A stretch of DNA of 64,000 nucleotides, taken from contig JAFATB010000022.1 of NCBI GenBank assembly GCA_019244185.1, positions 288,001 to 352,000 of the forward strand, written 5' to 3'. Shown here one piece after another: positions 55,526-64,000 of this stretch (the stretch's first letter is position 1; each line of letters begins with the position of its first letter). The translations under genes were made by a program, and so were the position numbers. This stretch comes from Acidobacteriota bacterium. GTDB lineage: Bacteria > Acidobacteriota > Thermoanaerobaculia > Gp7-AA8. The notes beneath the pieces are model-generated. The model was not told the origin of the DNA. It worked only from the letters and a program-made list of their open reading frames with translations, and did no database searches.

Positions 55526-57853
55526 TCACTTGCGGAACGTGATCCGTGCGTAGAACGCGGCGCCGCTCGGACCGGCGCCGGTGTTCATGTCCGAGACGAT
55601 GAGCTCATTCACCGCGCCGGGCTTCAAGAGCGCGGTGGTCTCGCGTCCTGCCGCGAACGCGACGTCGCCGAACTCGCTCACGGCGGTGTGCGAGAAGATC
55701 GAGCCGGTGAGCGGGCGTCCGTTGAGGAAGACGCGGCCGATGTCGTCGACGTTGGCGCGTCCGCGAAGCTCCACGCGCGAGAACTGTTTCGGCGCCACGA
55801 AGGTCACTTTGAAGTATCCGCTGCGGCCATCGCCCGGAGGGAGGTTGACGACGCGCGTGCCCGCGGGCGCTCCGCTCGGAATCGGCGTGAAGGTGTAGAA
55901 CGGTCCGACGGCGACGCGCTCGAACGCGGTGAAACCCGCCGGCGGTTGGTCGAGCTTCGCCAGCGTGACGTTGTCGGGTGTGCCGCCGATGACCGCGGCG
56001 CAGGTGTTGGCGTCGCTCTTCAGCGTCACCGTGTAGCTGCCGCCGCGTAGCTCCGGCGCGGGTCCGCCGGCGACGGCGCACCGCGGCGCGAGGATCGCCA
56101 GACTGGCCGCGGGCGTGTTGCAACGTTTGTTGATGAGGTTCGCGGGCAGCCGCGTCGTACAGTCGGTGAACGCTTCGTCGATCTGCGCCTGCGTGAGACC
56201 TCTTGCCGACGCGAGGTTGGCGGACCGCAGCTGTGCTCCGAACAGTTCGGCGTCGGTGAGATCGGCGTCGGAGAAGAGCGTTCGTGCGAGCTGCGCGAAG
56301 CTCAGATCCGCGCGATTGAGCTTCGCACCGACGAGAATCGCTCCTTCCATGGAGGCGCTGCGCAGATCGGCGCCCTCCAGTCGTGCCTCGCCGAGGTACG
56401 AACCTTCGAGGTGCGCGGCCTTCATCAAGGCGTTCTGCAGTTGCGCGTTCGCGAGATACGCGGCCGGCAGGTTGCTGTTTTCGAGATCGGCCTGCTGCAT
56501 GTACGTGAACGACAAATCCGCGCCTCGCCAGTTCGAATCCGTGAGATCCGCGGCGACGAGAAACGCCCCTCGGGCGTTCGCATACTTCAGATCCTTCCCG
56601 CGCAGACTGGCGCCGACCACCGACCGTACGACGTCGTCGGACGGCGTATCGCGCAACGACGTCCGGTCGCCCGTCCGCGAGAGCAGCTTCGGCGAAGGAA
56701 GAAAGCTCCAGTTCGGCGGCCGCTCCGAAACGGCGGTGTCCTGCATGTCGGCGAACGCGCGCAGCTGCAGGCGCGACAGCAGCGCCGGCACGTGCGTTCG
56801 GAGCCACCGCCCCGCGACCGGCGCTAGCGGCGGCGCCGTGGCCTGGCTGTGATCTTCCGCATGCTGGTCGATCCCCGCGATCGCGCCGAACGACACGATG
56901 GCGGCGGCAACCGTCGTCGTCAGCGCGATCGCGGTGCTCTTCGCGAGAAAGCGTGGCTTCTTGAAACGGAGCGAGTCGAACGTCGACTGATGCGACCACG
57001 CGCCGATGAAGACGGCGAATCCGAGGAGACCGACATGAAGCAACGACCCGATCCAGTCGTGGCGCGGCAGGTAACGCAACCAGAAGAGGATCAGCGTCGC
57101 CGGTGCCAGTCCCCACGCGAGGATCCACGAGATGAACGTCTGCACGGAGCCGCCGACGGAATGATGCGCATCACCGGGGCGCCGCTGCAGCAACGACGTC
57201 AGCAGCCACGGATGCACTTTCTTTCGGAGGGAACGACCGTCGGGAAAGACCGCGGGGAGCGTGGCGATTTCCTCCCACAAATCCTGCAGTTGCAGATGCA
57301 GATAGAGGTACAACGCCGCGAGCACGAACGGCGCGACGATGTAGAAGAGGAAGAGTGGAATCGGCGTCTGGATCACCGGCAGCGGTGACGAAACGTAGTT
57401 CGTGAGCAAGCGCGCGTCGGTGGTCGTGGCGATGGTGACCCAGCAATAGAGCACGGCGAGGCTGAGAAACGTGAAGGTCGCCGACGCTTTTTTCGAGAGC
57501 CGGCTGGCCTGCCACAGACCATCGAAGCCCGCGACTTTCTTCGGCAACTGAGCGCCCGAGAGATTCGCGCCGGCGAGCTGATGGTCGCAGAGTCCCGTGA
57601 CGTCCGAGAGGTCGGCACCCTGAAGATCCGCTTCCTGCAGCGAGGCATCGGAAAGGCTCGCGCCGCGCAAGTCGGCGCGCCGCAGATTTGCGCGGCGCAG
57701 GTCGGCCATCGCGAGCGGCGCGTTGCGAAGATCCGCGCCGCCGAGATTCGCGCGCGAGCCCTGCCGCCCATCGGTCGCCAGCCACTCTGCATGCGCGCGC
57801 AGGACGGCGGTCAGGCCGTCTTCGTCGTTCGCCGCAGAGCCCGCGCTGAACAT
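55526..57853 (-). CDS. Pentapeptide-repeat membrane protein with C-terminal beta-rich domain
   Basis: Two A(D/N)Lxx repeat blocks flank several TMs; C-terminal VDDIGRVFLNG. Confidence 0.8.
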   Translation of the reverse strand: MFSAGSAANDEDGLTAVLRAHAEWLATDGRQGSRANLGGADLRNAPLAMADLRRANLRRADLRGASLSDASLQEADLQGADLSDVTGLCDHQLAGANLSGAQLPKKVAGFDGLWQASRLSKKASATFTFLSLAVLYCWVTIATTTDARLLTNYVSSPLPVIQTPIPLFLFYIVAPFVLAALYLYLHLQLQDLWEEIATLPAVFPDGRSLRKKVHPWLLTSLLQRRPGDAHHSVGGSVQTFISWILAWGLAPATLILFWLRYLPRHDWIGSLLHVGLLGFAVFIGAWSHQSTFDSLRFKKPRFLAKSTAIALTTTVAAAIVSFGAIAGIDQHAEDHSQATAPPLAPVAGRWLRTHVPALLSRLQLRAFADMQDTAVSERPPNWSFLPSPKLLSRTGDRTSLRDTPSDDVVRSVVGASLRGKDLKYANARGAFLVAADLTDSNWRGADLSFTYMQQADLENSNLPAAYLANAQLQNALMKAAHLEGSYLGEARLEGADLRSASMEGAILVGAKLNRADLSFAQLARTLFSDADLTDAELFGAQLRSANLASARGLTQAQIDEAFTDCTTRLPANLINKRCNTPAASLAILAPRCAVAGGPAPELRGGSYTVTLKSDANTCAAVIGGTPDNVTLAKLDQPPAGFTAFERVAVGPFYTFTPIPSGAPAGTRVVNLPPGDGRSGYFKVTFVAPKQFSRVELRGRANVDDIGRVFLNGRPLTGSIFSHTAVSEFGDVAFAAGRETTALLKPGAVNELIVSDMNTGAGPSGAAFYARITFRK

Positions 57854-57880
57854 GAACGCGTTGCGTCCCGATCGACCGCC

Positions 57881-59371
57881 TTACTTCGCCAGCTCGTACA
57901 GGTATTCGACGAACGAGAACACCGCGCCGTCGAGTCCCTGCACGTTCGGATTCGTCGAGTCGATCACGTAGTACTCGTCGGGCGCATGCGCGCCGCTGCC
58001 GTGGCCCAAACCGAAGTGGCCGGAGGCGAGACTCAGCGGCGGATTCGTGAAGACGTAGCCGGGATATGAGCCGGCGTTGCGCGGCCAGAGCACGGGGTCG
58101 ATGCCCGCGTGTTTCAGCACCGCGATCTGCGACTGGATGAGCTGCGCCGTCGACGAGGTGCTGGTCGGGTCGTAGCCGCCGGTCACGTTGATCTCGATGT
58201 CGCCGAAGCCGCGCTTCGCGAGATGCGCTTTCAGCGCGGCGACGGCCTCGTTCATCTTCATGTCGGGCACGAGGCGCATGTCGATCTTCGCGACCGCACG
58301 GTGCGGGAGGATGGTCTTGCCGCCCGGTCCCGTGTAGCCGCCGACGAGTCCTTCGATGTTCACCGTCGGCTGCGATTCGAGGCGCTCATTCGCCTGCTGC
58401 CACGGCAGGTCGTCGATCCAGTGCTGCGCGCCGAGCTGCTTCATCGACTGCGCTTCGCTGCGCCGCTTCGACGCCTCGGCGATCATCGACGTCTCGTCCG
58501 CACTGAGCGGCCGCGGCTTCGGATAGTTCTCGATGAGGATCGTGTTGCCGTCGTCGGAGACGAGCGTGTCGAGCGCTTTGATGAGATGCCACGCCGGGCT
58601 GTCGAGCATCGCCTTGAGCGACGAATGCACGTCCTTCGCGGGACCGCGGCCCCACTTCTCGCCGCTGGAGACGAGCTCGAGCTCGACGACGCCTTTCGCG
58701 CCGAGGCTCACGGTGACGACGCCGTCGAGATCCTGGGAGGCCGCGGGCATGAAGACGCCGATGCACTTGCGCAGCGCCGCTTCGACTTCGGGACGATGCA
58801 CGAGCTGGCCGATGTGCGGCGAGCCGATCTCCTCTTCGCCTTCCGCGACGAGCACGAGGTTCACCGGCAGCTTGCGGCCCGCGCCGCGGATCGCGTGCAG
58901 CGCGGCGAGGAACGCCGACTCCGGACCTTTCTGATTGACGGCGCCGCGTCCGACGATCACGCGGCCGAGGTTCGGGCGATCGACGAGACGCGCCTCGAGC
59001 GGAGGCGAGGTCCACTCGGAGGGATCGAACTGCTTCACGTCGTACATGAAGTAGAGGCCGACGGTCTTCGGCGCGCCGGCATCGAGCGTCGCGAAGACGC
59101 CCGGCTTACCGTCGGTGGTGAGCACGGCGGCCTGCTGGAAGCCCGCGTCGCGCGCGAGCTGGGCCATGAATTCGGCGCCCGCGGGATAGTTGCGGTTCTC
59201 GGCGGCGATGGACGGCAGCGCGATCCAGTCCTGCAGGCGTTTGACGGCTTCGTCGTGACGGCGCGCGATCTCGCGCTTGACGTCGGAGAAGTCGGCGCCG
59301 GCGGCGAGCGCCGCGTGCGCGCTGAAGAATGCGAAAGCGGAGAGGACGACCAGCGAAAGACGACGAACCAT
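57881..59371 (-). CDS. Secreted M20/M25/M40 family hydrolase with atypical metal ligands
   Basis: Signal peptide; IALPSI; GRGAVNQKG; EGEEEIGS; DMRLVP; HAPDE. Confidence 0.8.
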   Translation of the reverse strand: MVRRLSLVVLSAFAFFSAHAALAAGADFSDVKREIARRHDEAVKRLQDWIALPSIAAENRNYPAGAEFMAQLARDAGFQQAAVLTTDGKPGVFATLDAGAPKTVGLYFMYDVKQFDPSEWTSPPLEARLVDRPNLGRVIVGRGAVNQKGPESAFLAALHAIRGAGRKLPVNLVLVAEGEEEIGSPHIGQLVHRPEVEAALRKCIGVFMPAASQDLDGVVTVSLGAKGVVELELVSSGEKWGRGPAKDVHSSLKAMLDSPAWHLIKALDTLVSDDGNTILIENYPKPRPLSADETSMIAEASKRRSEAQSMKQLGAQHWIDDLPWQQANERLESQPTVNIEGLVGGYTGPGGKTILPHRAVAKIDMRLVPDMKMNEAVAALKAHLAKRGFGDIEINVTGGYDPTSTSSTAQLIQSQIAVLKHAGIDPVLWPRNAGSYPGYVFTNPPLSLASGHFGLGHGSGAHAPDEYYVIDSTNPNVQGLDGAVFSFVEYLYELAK

Positions 59372-59466
59372 GAAGTGCTCCGATCGTATCGAGGTGGTTG
59401 CTTCGGCGGCGGGATGTTACCAAAGTGCGATTCAACGAATTGCGGCCCGCGTCGTAGGCTGAAGAC

Positions 59467-60039
59467 ATGAGGCGCTCGTTCGCGTTGCTCGCTCTCGTTC
59501 TCGTCGCCGTCTCGTGTGCGTCGTCGTCCGACGACGAGCCGCGTCCGATGCCGCGCCGCGGCGGCGGCATGGGGATGCGCGGCGGCGCGCGGTTCGGTGA
59601 TGGCAGCGTGCTGGAGATGCTGCCGCCGCGCGACTGGTGGCACGATCCGCAGCTTGCGGCGCCGGTGAACCTTACGTCCGAGCAGATGGCGTCGCTCGAT
59701 CGGCTGTCAGCAGCGCAGGGCGACGACGCGGCGAAACTCGAGCGCGACAGCATGGTCGCCGTGCGCGACCTGCGCACGCAGCTCGACGCGGAGCAGCCCG
59801 CGAGCGCAGACATCCTCGCCGCGGCGAAACGCGTGGAGGCGCTGCACGACGCGCTGTTCGACAAACAGGCGGAGCTCCTCGCGGCGGAGCGGACGCTGCT
59901 CTCGCAACAGCAGTGGGCGTCGCTGCAGCGCGCGCTGGCGGGGACGCGCGATGACTCGTTCGATCGCGGCGGACGGGGAGACCGCGGCGGCATGCGCGGG
60001 CGGGGAGGAAGGGGAGGGCGGGGAAGGTTTCCCGGTTGA
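59467..60039 (+). CDS. Spy/CpxP-like (periplasmic heavy-metal-sensor-like) lipoprotein
   Basis: Lipobox VAVSC; NLTSEQ and LSQQQW motifs; helical core; Gly/Arg-rich tails. Confidence 0.65.
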   Translation: MRRSFALLALVLVAVSCASSSDDEPRPMPRRGGGMGMRGGARFGDGSVLEMLPPRDWWHDPQLAAPVNLTSEQMASLDRLSAAQGDDAAKLERDSMVAVRDLRTQLDAEQPASADILAAAKRVEALHDALFDKQAELLAAERTLLSQQQWASLQRALAGTRDDSFDRGGRGDRGGMRGRGGRGGRGRFPG

Positions 60040-60083
60040 TCTGACCCATCCTCGCGCGGATCGCTTCTTGCTCCCCGATCCGC

Positions 60084-61358
60084 GTGATGGCGCAACTCCC
60101 CAGGACCACGCGCGTCGAGTCGCTCGCGTTCGTTCGCCGCGTGCTGCTGCCGCCGGTGGCGAAAGGCGTGATCATCCGCCGTCCGCACGCGGTGCGCGCC
60201 GCGCAGCGCCTCGATCTCGATCGCCGCGGCGTGCGTTACCTCGAGCGTCTGCGCGATCGCTACGGTCCGGGGCCGCTCCTCGTCGGCGGACGCTACGCGG
60301 TCATCCTCGATCCCGCCCACGTGCGGCGCGTGCTCGCGGAGACACCCGAGCCGTTCGGGACGGAGACGCCGGAGAAGCGCGCCGCGCTCGCGCACTTCGA
60401 GCCGCGTAACGTGCTCATCTCGCACGGCCCCGAGCGCGCCGAGCGGCGGCGCTTTCACGAGCAGGCGCTCGACACCGGCCATCACGAGCCGCGCCTCGCC
60501 GGCAGTCTCGCCGGACGCGTGCGCGAGGAGACGGCGCGGCTGCTCGCGCATGCACACGAGACGCGCGCGCTGACCTGGACAGAGTTCGCGCGCGCATGGT
60601 CGCGCATCGTGCGGCTCACGATCTTCGGCGAGGTCGCGCGCGACGACGAGCATCTCTCCGCGCTGACGACGCGCCTGCGCCACCACGCGAACTGGGCGTT
60701 TCTCCACCGCCAGCGCAAGGCACTGCGCGCCGAGTTCCTGCAGCACATCGACGCGCTCCTCGGTCGCGCCGAAGCGGGGAGTCTCGCCGCCGTCGTGGCC
60801 ACGATTCCGCGCAGCGAGGCCACCGCCGTGGCCGATCAGGTCGCGCAGTGGCTCTTCGCGTTCGACCCCGCGGGCATCACGACGTACCGCACGCTGGCGT
60901 TGTTGTCGTCTCATACGACGTATGCCCGTGCGGACGATCGCGACCTCCTGCGCGCGTGCATGCACGACGCGGTGCGGCTCTATCCGACGACGCCTCTCCT
61001 GTTGCGCGCGACCACGGCCGAGACGGCGTGGGAGCACGGCACGCTGCCGGCGAAGAAGACGCTCATCGTCTTCACGCCGTTCTTTCATCGCGACGCGGAA
61101 CGGCTGCCGTTCGCCGACCGCTTCGCGCCGGAGCTGTGGCAGAGCGGCGAGGCGGATCGCTGGACGCTCGTTCCGTTCAGCGGCGGCCCCGCCGTTTGTC
61201 CGGGCCGCGAGCTCGTGCTGTTCCTCGGCAGCGAGATGCTGTCGACGCTCCTCGCGGGCGCCTCGTTCCGCATCACTTCGTCGCAGACGCTCGATCCCGC
61301 GCGGCCGCTGCCGGCCACGCTCGATCACTTCCGCCTGCAGTTCGCCGTGGAGTCCTGA
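60084..61358 (+). CDS. Cytochrome P450 with atypical motifs
   Basis: Heme loop PFSGGPAVCPG; DRFAPELW; K-helix DAVRLYP. Confidence 0.85.
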   Translation: MMAQLPRTTRVESLAFVRRVLLPPVAKGVIIRRPHAVRAAQRLDLDRRGVRYLERLRDRYGPGPLLVGGRYAVILDPAHVRRVLAETPEPFGTETPEKRAALAHFEPRNVLISHGPERAERRRFHEQALDTGHHEPRLAGSLAGRVREETARLLAHAHETRALTWTEFARAWSRIVRLTIFGEVARDDEHLSALTTRLRHHANWAFLHRQRKALRAEFLQHIDALLGRAEAGSLAAVVATIPRSEATAVADQVAQWLFAFDPAGITTYRTLALLSSHTTYARADDRDLLRACMHDAVRLYPTTPLLLRATTAETAWEHGTLPAKKTLIVFTPFFHRDAERLPFADRFAPELWQSGEADRWTLVPFSGGPAVCPGRELVLFLGSEMLSTLLAGASFRITSSQTLDPARPLPATLDHFRLQFAVES

Positions 61359-63232
61359 TGTCGCGTCGTGTCGTCGTGTTGTTGCTGTTGGCTCTGCTGT
61401 TCGCCGCCTCGCATCCCGCGTTCGCGCAGCGTCGCCCGCATACGCCGTCGAATCCGCCGTCGCATCCGCCCGCGCCCGTCGACGGCGCGCGCATCCTCGC
61501 GTTTCTCAACCGCACGATCGCGTGGGACGAGCGGCTCGACGCACAGGCGCAATGGGCCGATCAGCCGACCGATGTTTTGTACGTCAACGACAACCGCCAG
61601 CTCGGCCGGCAGATCGTCGTGCTCTCGTTCGACGCCGCGAAAGCGCAGGTGCAGCTGCTCGCGAGCACCGCGCCGGTCGCGCAGGCGCCGGCGCCGGGAA
61701 TGGACGACGCGCGGCGAAACGACTCGCAGCGGATGCAGCGCCTCACGCAGCGCGCCACGACTGCCGCCGACCTGCTGCGCCGCGAGCACACGCGCCTAGA
61801 CGCGTTGCAGCAGCAGCTCGCATCCGCGACGCCGGACGATCGCGCGCGGCTCGAAGCAGCGGTCGCGGAAGCGCAGAGCCGCGTCGCCATCGCGCAGGCG
61901 CGCAACGACGCGGTGAGCGGCATCGTTGGCTTCATGAACGATGCGGCCGGCGGCGCCGCGGGTGCGGACATCAACTCGCAGATCAGCGCGCTCGAACAGG
62001 CCGTCTCCGCGTCCGCAACGGCACATCAGGCGCCGCTGCAGCAGGACGCGCGGAAAGCGCAGCCATCGAGCGTCGTGGGACTCATCAGCGATCTCATCGC
62101 GCTCAATCAGAAGGCGAGCGCGCTGCAGGGGGCGGCGCGCGACGCGGACTTTCTCCAGCGCGACGCGCGCGATCTGACCGCGCCGCTGACGAACCTCCTC
62201 TCGCAGACGCGGCAGCGCGCCGATCTGCTGATGAACGCGCCCGACACCGCCGATCCCGCGGAGCTGCTGCGCCGCAAGTCAGCGCTCGACGCGCTCACCG
62301 CGCGCTTCCGCCAGCTCTCCGCCGCGCTCCTGCCGCTCACGAAGCGCCGCATTCTCCTCAACGCCTACAAAGCGAACCTCGGCCGCTGGCGCGCGTCCGT
62401 CGACGAGCAGCACCGCGGCGAGCTGCGACGACTCACGTTCCGCGCCGTCGCCCTCGGCATCATGCTGCTGCTCGTCTTCACGCTCGCGGTCGTCTGGCGG
62501 CGCATGACCTTCCGCTACGTGCAGGATGTGAAGCGCCGCCATCACGTGCTGCTCGTGCGGCGCATCGTGTTGCTGCTGCTCGTGGCGGCGATTCTCGCGG
62601 CGACGTTCGCGTCCGACTTCAGTTCGCTGACGACGTTCGTCGGCCTGCTCACCGCCGGTATCGCCATCGCGCTGCAGGACGTCATCCTCTCGATGGCAGG
62701 CTACTTCGTCATCATCGGCAAGTACGGCATCCGTCCCGGCGATCGCGTGCGCATCGCCAGCGTCAACGGCGACGTGCTCGACGTCGGCCTGGTGTGGATC
62801 TATCTGATCGAGCTGGAGACGCGCGGCAGCGATCAGCTGCCGACCGGCCGCATCGTCGAGTTCCCCAACTCGGTCGTCTTCGATCACAGCGCCGGCATCT
62901 TCAAGCAGCTGCCCGGCACGCGGTTCTTGTGGCACGAGGTCGCGCGCGTCGTGGCGGGCGAGAGCGACTTCGCGACGACGCAGGCGCGGATGCTCGCGGC
63001 GGTGGAGAGCGTGTTCGAGGAGTACCGCGACGCGATCGACCGCCAGCATCGCGAGATGGAGCGGCTGCTGAACACGAAGACGCCGCCGCCGCGTCCGCAC
63101 AGCCGCCTGCGCGTCGCGCCCGCGGGCGTCGAGATCCGCGTGCGCTATCCGGTCGAGATCGCGAACGCGGGAACCATCGACGACCGCATCGCCGCGGCGG
63201 TGATGACGGTCACGCAGCTGCCCGCGGCGTGA
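61358..63232 (+). CDS. MscS-family channel with large exported coiled-coil N-terminus
   Basis: ATG 61358 overlaps the P450 stop. Signal peptide; GLLTAGIAIALQD; IRPGDRV; GRIVEFPNS. Confidence 0.8.
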   Translation: MSRRVVVLLLLALLFAASHPAFAQRRPHTPSNPPSHPPAPVDGARILAFLNRTIAWDERLDAQAQWADQPTDVLYVNDNRQLGRQIVVLSFDAAKAQVQLLASTAPVAQAPAPGMDDARRNDSQRMQRLTQRATTAADLLRREHTRLDALQQQLASATPDDRARLEAAVAEAQSRVAIAQARNDAVSGIVGFMNDAAGGAAGADINSQISALEQAVSASATAHQAPLQQDARKAQPSSVVGLISDLIALNQKASALQGAARDADFLQRDARDLTAPLTNLLSQTRQRADLLMNAPDTADPAELLRRKSALDALTARFRQLSAALLPLTKRRILLNAYKANLGRWRASVDEQHRGELRRLTFRAVALGIMLLLVFTLAVVWRRMTFRYVQDVKRRHHVLLVRRIVLLLLVAAILAATFASDFSSLTTFVGLLTAGIAIALQDVILSMAGYFVIIGKYGIRPGDRVRIASVNGDVLDVGLVWIYLIELETRGSDQLPTGRIVEFPNSVVFDHSAGIFKQLPGTRFLWHEVARVVAGESDFATTQARMLAAVESVFEEYRDAIDRQHREMERLLNTKTPPPRPHSRLRVAPAGVEIRVRYPVEIANAGTIDDRIAAAVMTVTQLPAA

Positions 63233-63294
63233 CGCGCGACGCTCGCCGGAATCGCGAGCTCGTACGACGCCACCGCTATGATGACTGCCGGGCC

Positions 63295-64000
63295 ATGACC
63301 GCTCCGGAAACAGGATTTCTCGATCGCGACGTCGTGGTGGGCGGCACGCGCTATCCGTACGTCGCATACGTGCCGCGCGGCTTCGATCGTCGCGCGGCGC
63401 TGCCGGTGATTCTCTTCCTGCACGGCTCGGGCGAGCGCGGCACGGACGGCGTACGCGCCACGCAAATCGGTGCGGGTGCGGCGATCCGCGCCAATCCCGA
63501 GCGCGTGCCGGCGATCGTCGTTTTTCCGCAGGCGCCGCCGGGCTCGCGGTGGCTCGACGAGCCCAACGATGCGGCGATGCTCGCGCTCGATCGCACGCTC
63601 GCCGAGTTCGGCGGCGATCCGCGGCGCGTCTATCTCACCGGACTGTCGATGGGCGGCTACGGCGCGCTTCACCTCGTGCTCGCGCATCCGGAGCGATTCG
63701 CCGCGCTCGCGGTCGTCTGCGGCGGCTTGCTGCCGCATCGCACGACGACAGCGGTGCGCCAGTCGCCGCTCACGGTGCACGCCGCCGATCCCTACGCGTT
63801 CACCGCGCACGCGCTGCGCGCGTTGCCGATCTGGCTCTTTCACGGCGAAAAGGACGCGGTGATCCCCGTCGACGAATCGCGCCGCCTGGCCGCGGCGCTG
63901 CGCGACGCCGGCGCGGACGTTCGCTACACCGAATACGCGCGCACCGGCCACAACTCGTGGGATGCGGCGTACGGCGACGAAGAGCTGTGGCGGTGGCTGT
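63295..64000 (+). CDS. Alpha/beta hydrolase (predicted esterase/peptidase), runs off the window end
   Basis: Absent from the ORF track. Manual translation gives MTAPETGFLDR..PVILFLHGSGERG..YLTGLSMGGYG..FHGEKD..GHNSWDAAY. Confidence 0.85.
   Translation, partial: MTAPETGFLDRDVVVGGTRYPYVAYVPRGFDRRAALPVILFLHGSGERGTDGVRATQIGAGAAIRANPERVPAIVVFPQAPPGSRWLDEPNDAAMLALDRTLAEFGGDPRRVYLTGLSMGGYGALHLVLAHPERFAALAVVCGGLLPHRTTTAVRQSPLTVHAADPYAFTAHALRALPIWLFHGEKDAVIPVDESRRLAAALRDAGADVRYTEYARTGHNSWDAAYGDEELWRWL

Noticed and set aside
54097-64000. Integrative element or prophage at tRNA-Ala
   Set aside because: No integrase or phage genes, and no duplicated tRNA 3' end visible within the window.

Overview
This is GC-rich, densely coding bacterial chromosomal DNA. 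The gene content suggests Acidobacteriota or a similar lineage, but that is inference only. I found no CRISPR array, rRNA, integrase or transposase. Main blocks: (1) 39-13908, a receptor-less chemosensory cluster (DUF4388/pseudo-receiver/GAF, CheY, CheA, ExeA-like ATPase, CheW, Zn-ribbon pseudo-receiver, HEAT protein, CheR, CheB, coiled-coil GAF, CheY), interrupted by an antisense serine hydrolase. (2) 15288-30770, a respiratory supercluster: 4x[4Fe-4S] ferredoxin, membrane HEAT protein, Rieske protein, split b6-type cytochrome b, a 1097-aa octaheme cytochrome c, a cupredoxin-like lipoprotein, an A1-type heme-copper oxidase in the order I-III-IV-x-y-II, then CtaA, CtaB, SCO and DUF420. (3) Housekeeping and accessory genes: pdxH, arsC, lipid kinase, MarC, AddAB-like pair, atypical ClpX-like ATPase, ftsY, PagL-like, PGM/PMM, two MscS, REC-EAL, rnz, tRNA-Ala(CGC), a pentapeptide membrane protein, an atypical M20 hydrolase and a P450. 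Non-coding and repeat signals: a two-copy palindromic heptamer-repeat element, a related heptamer tract inside cheW, a 36-bp inverted repeat next to a 20-aa basic ORF, and -10-like hexamers 5-12 nt upstream of many start codons. All calls come from reading motifs by eye; no database search was run.
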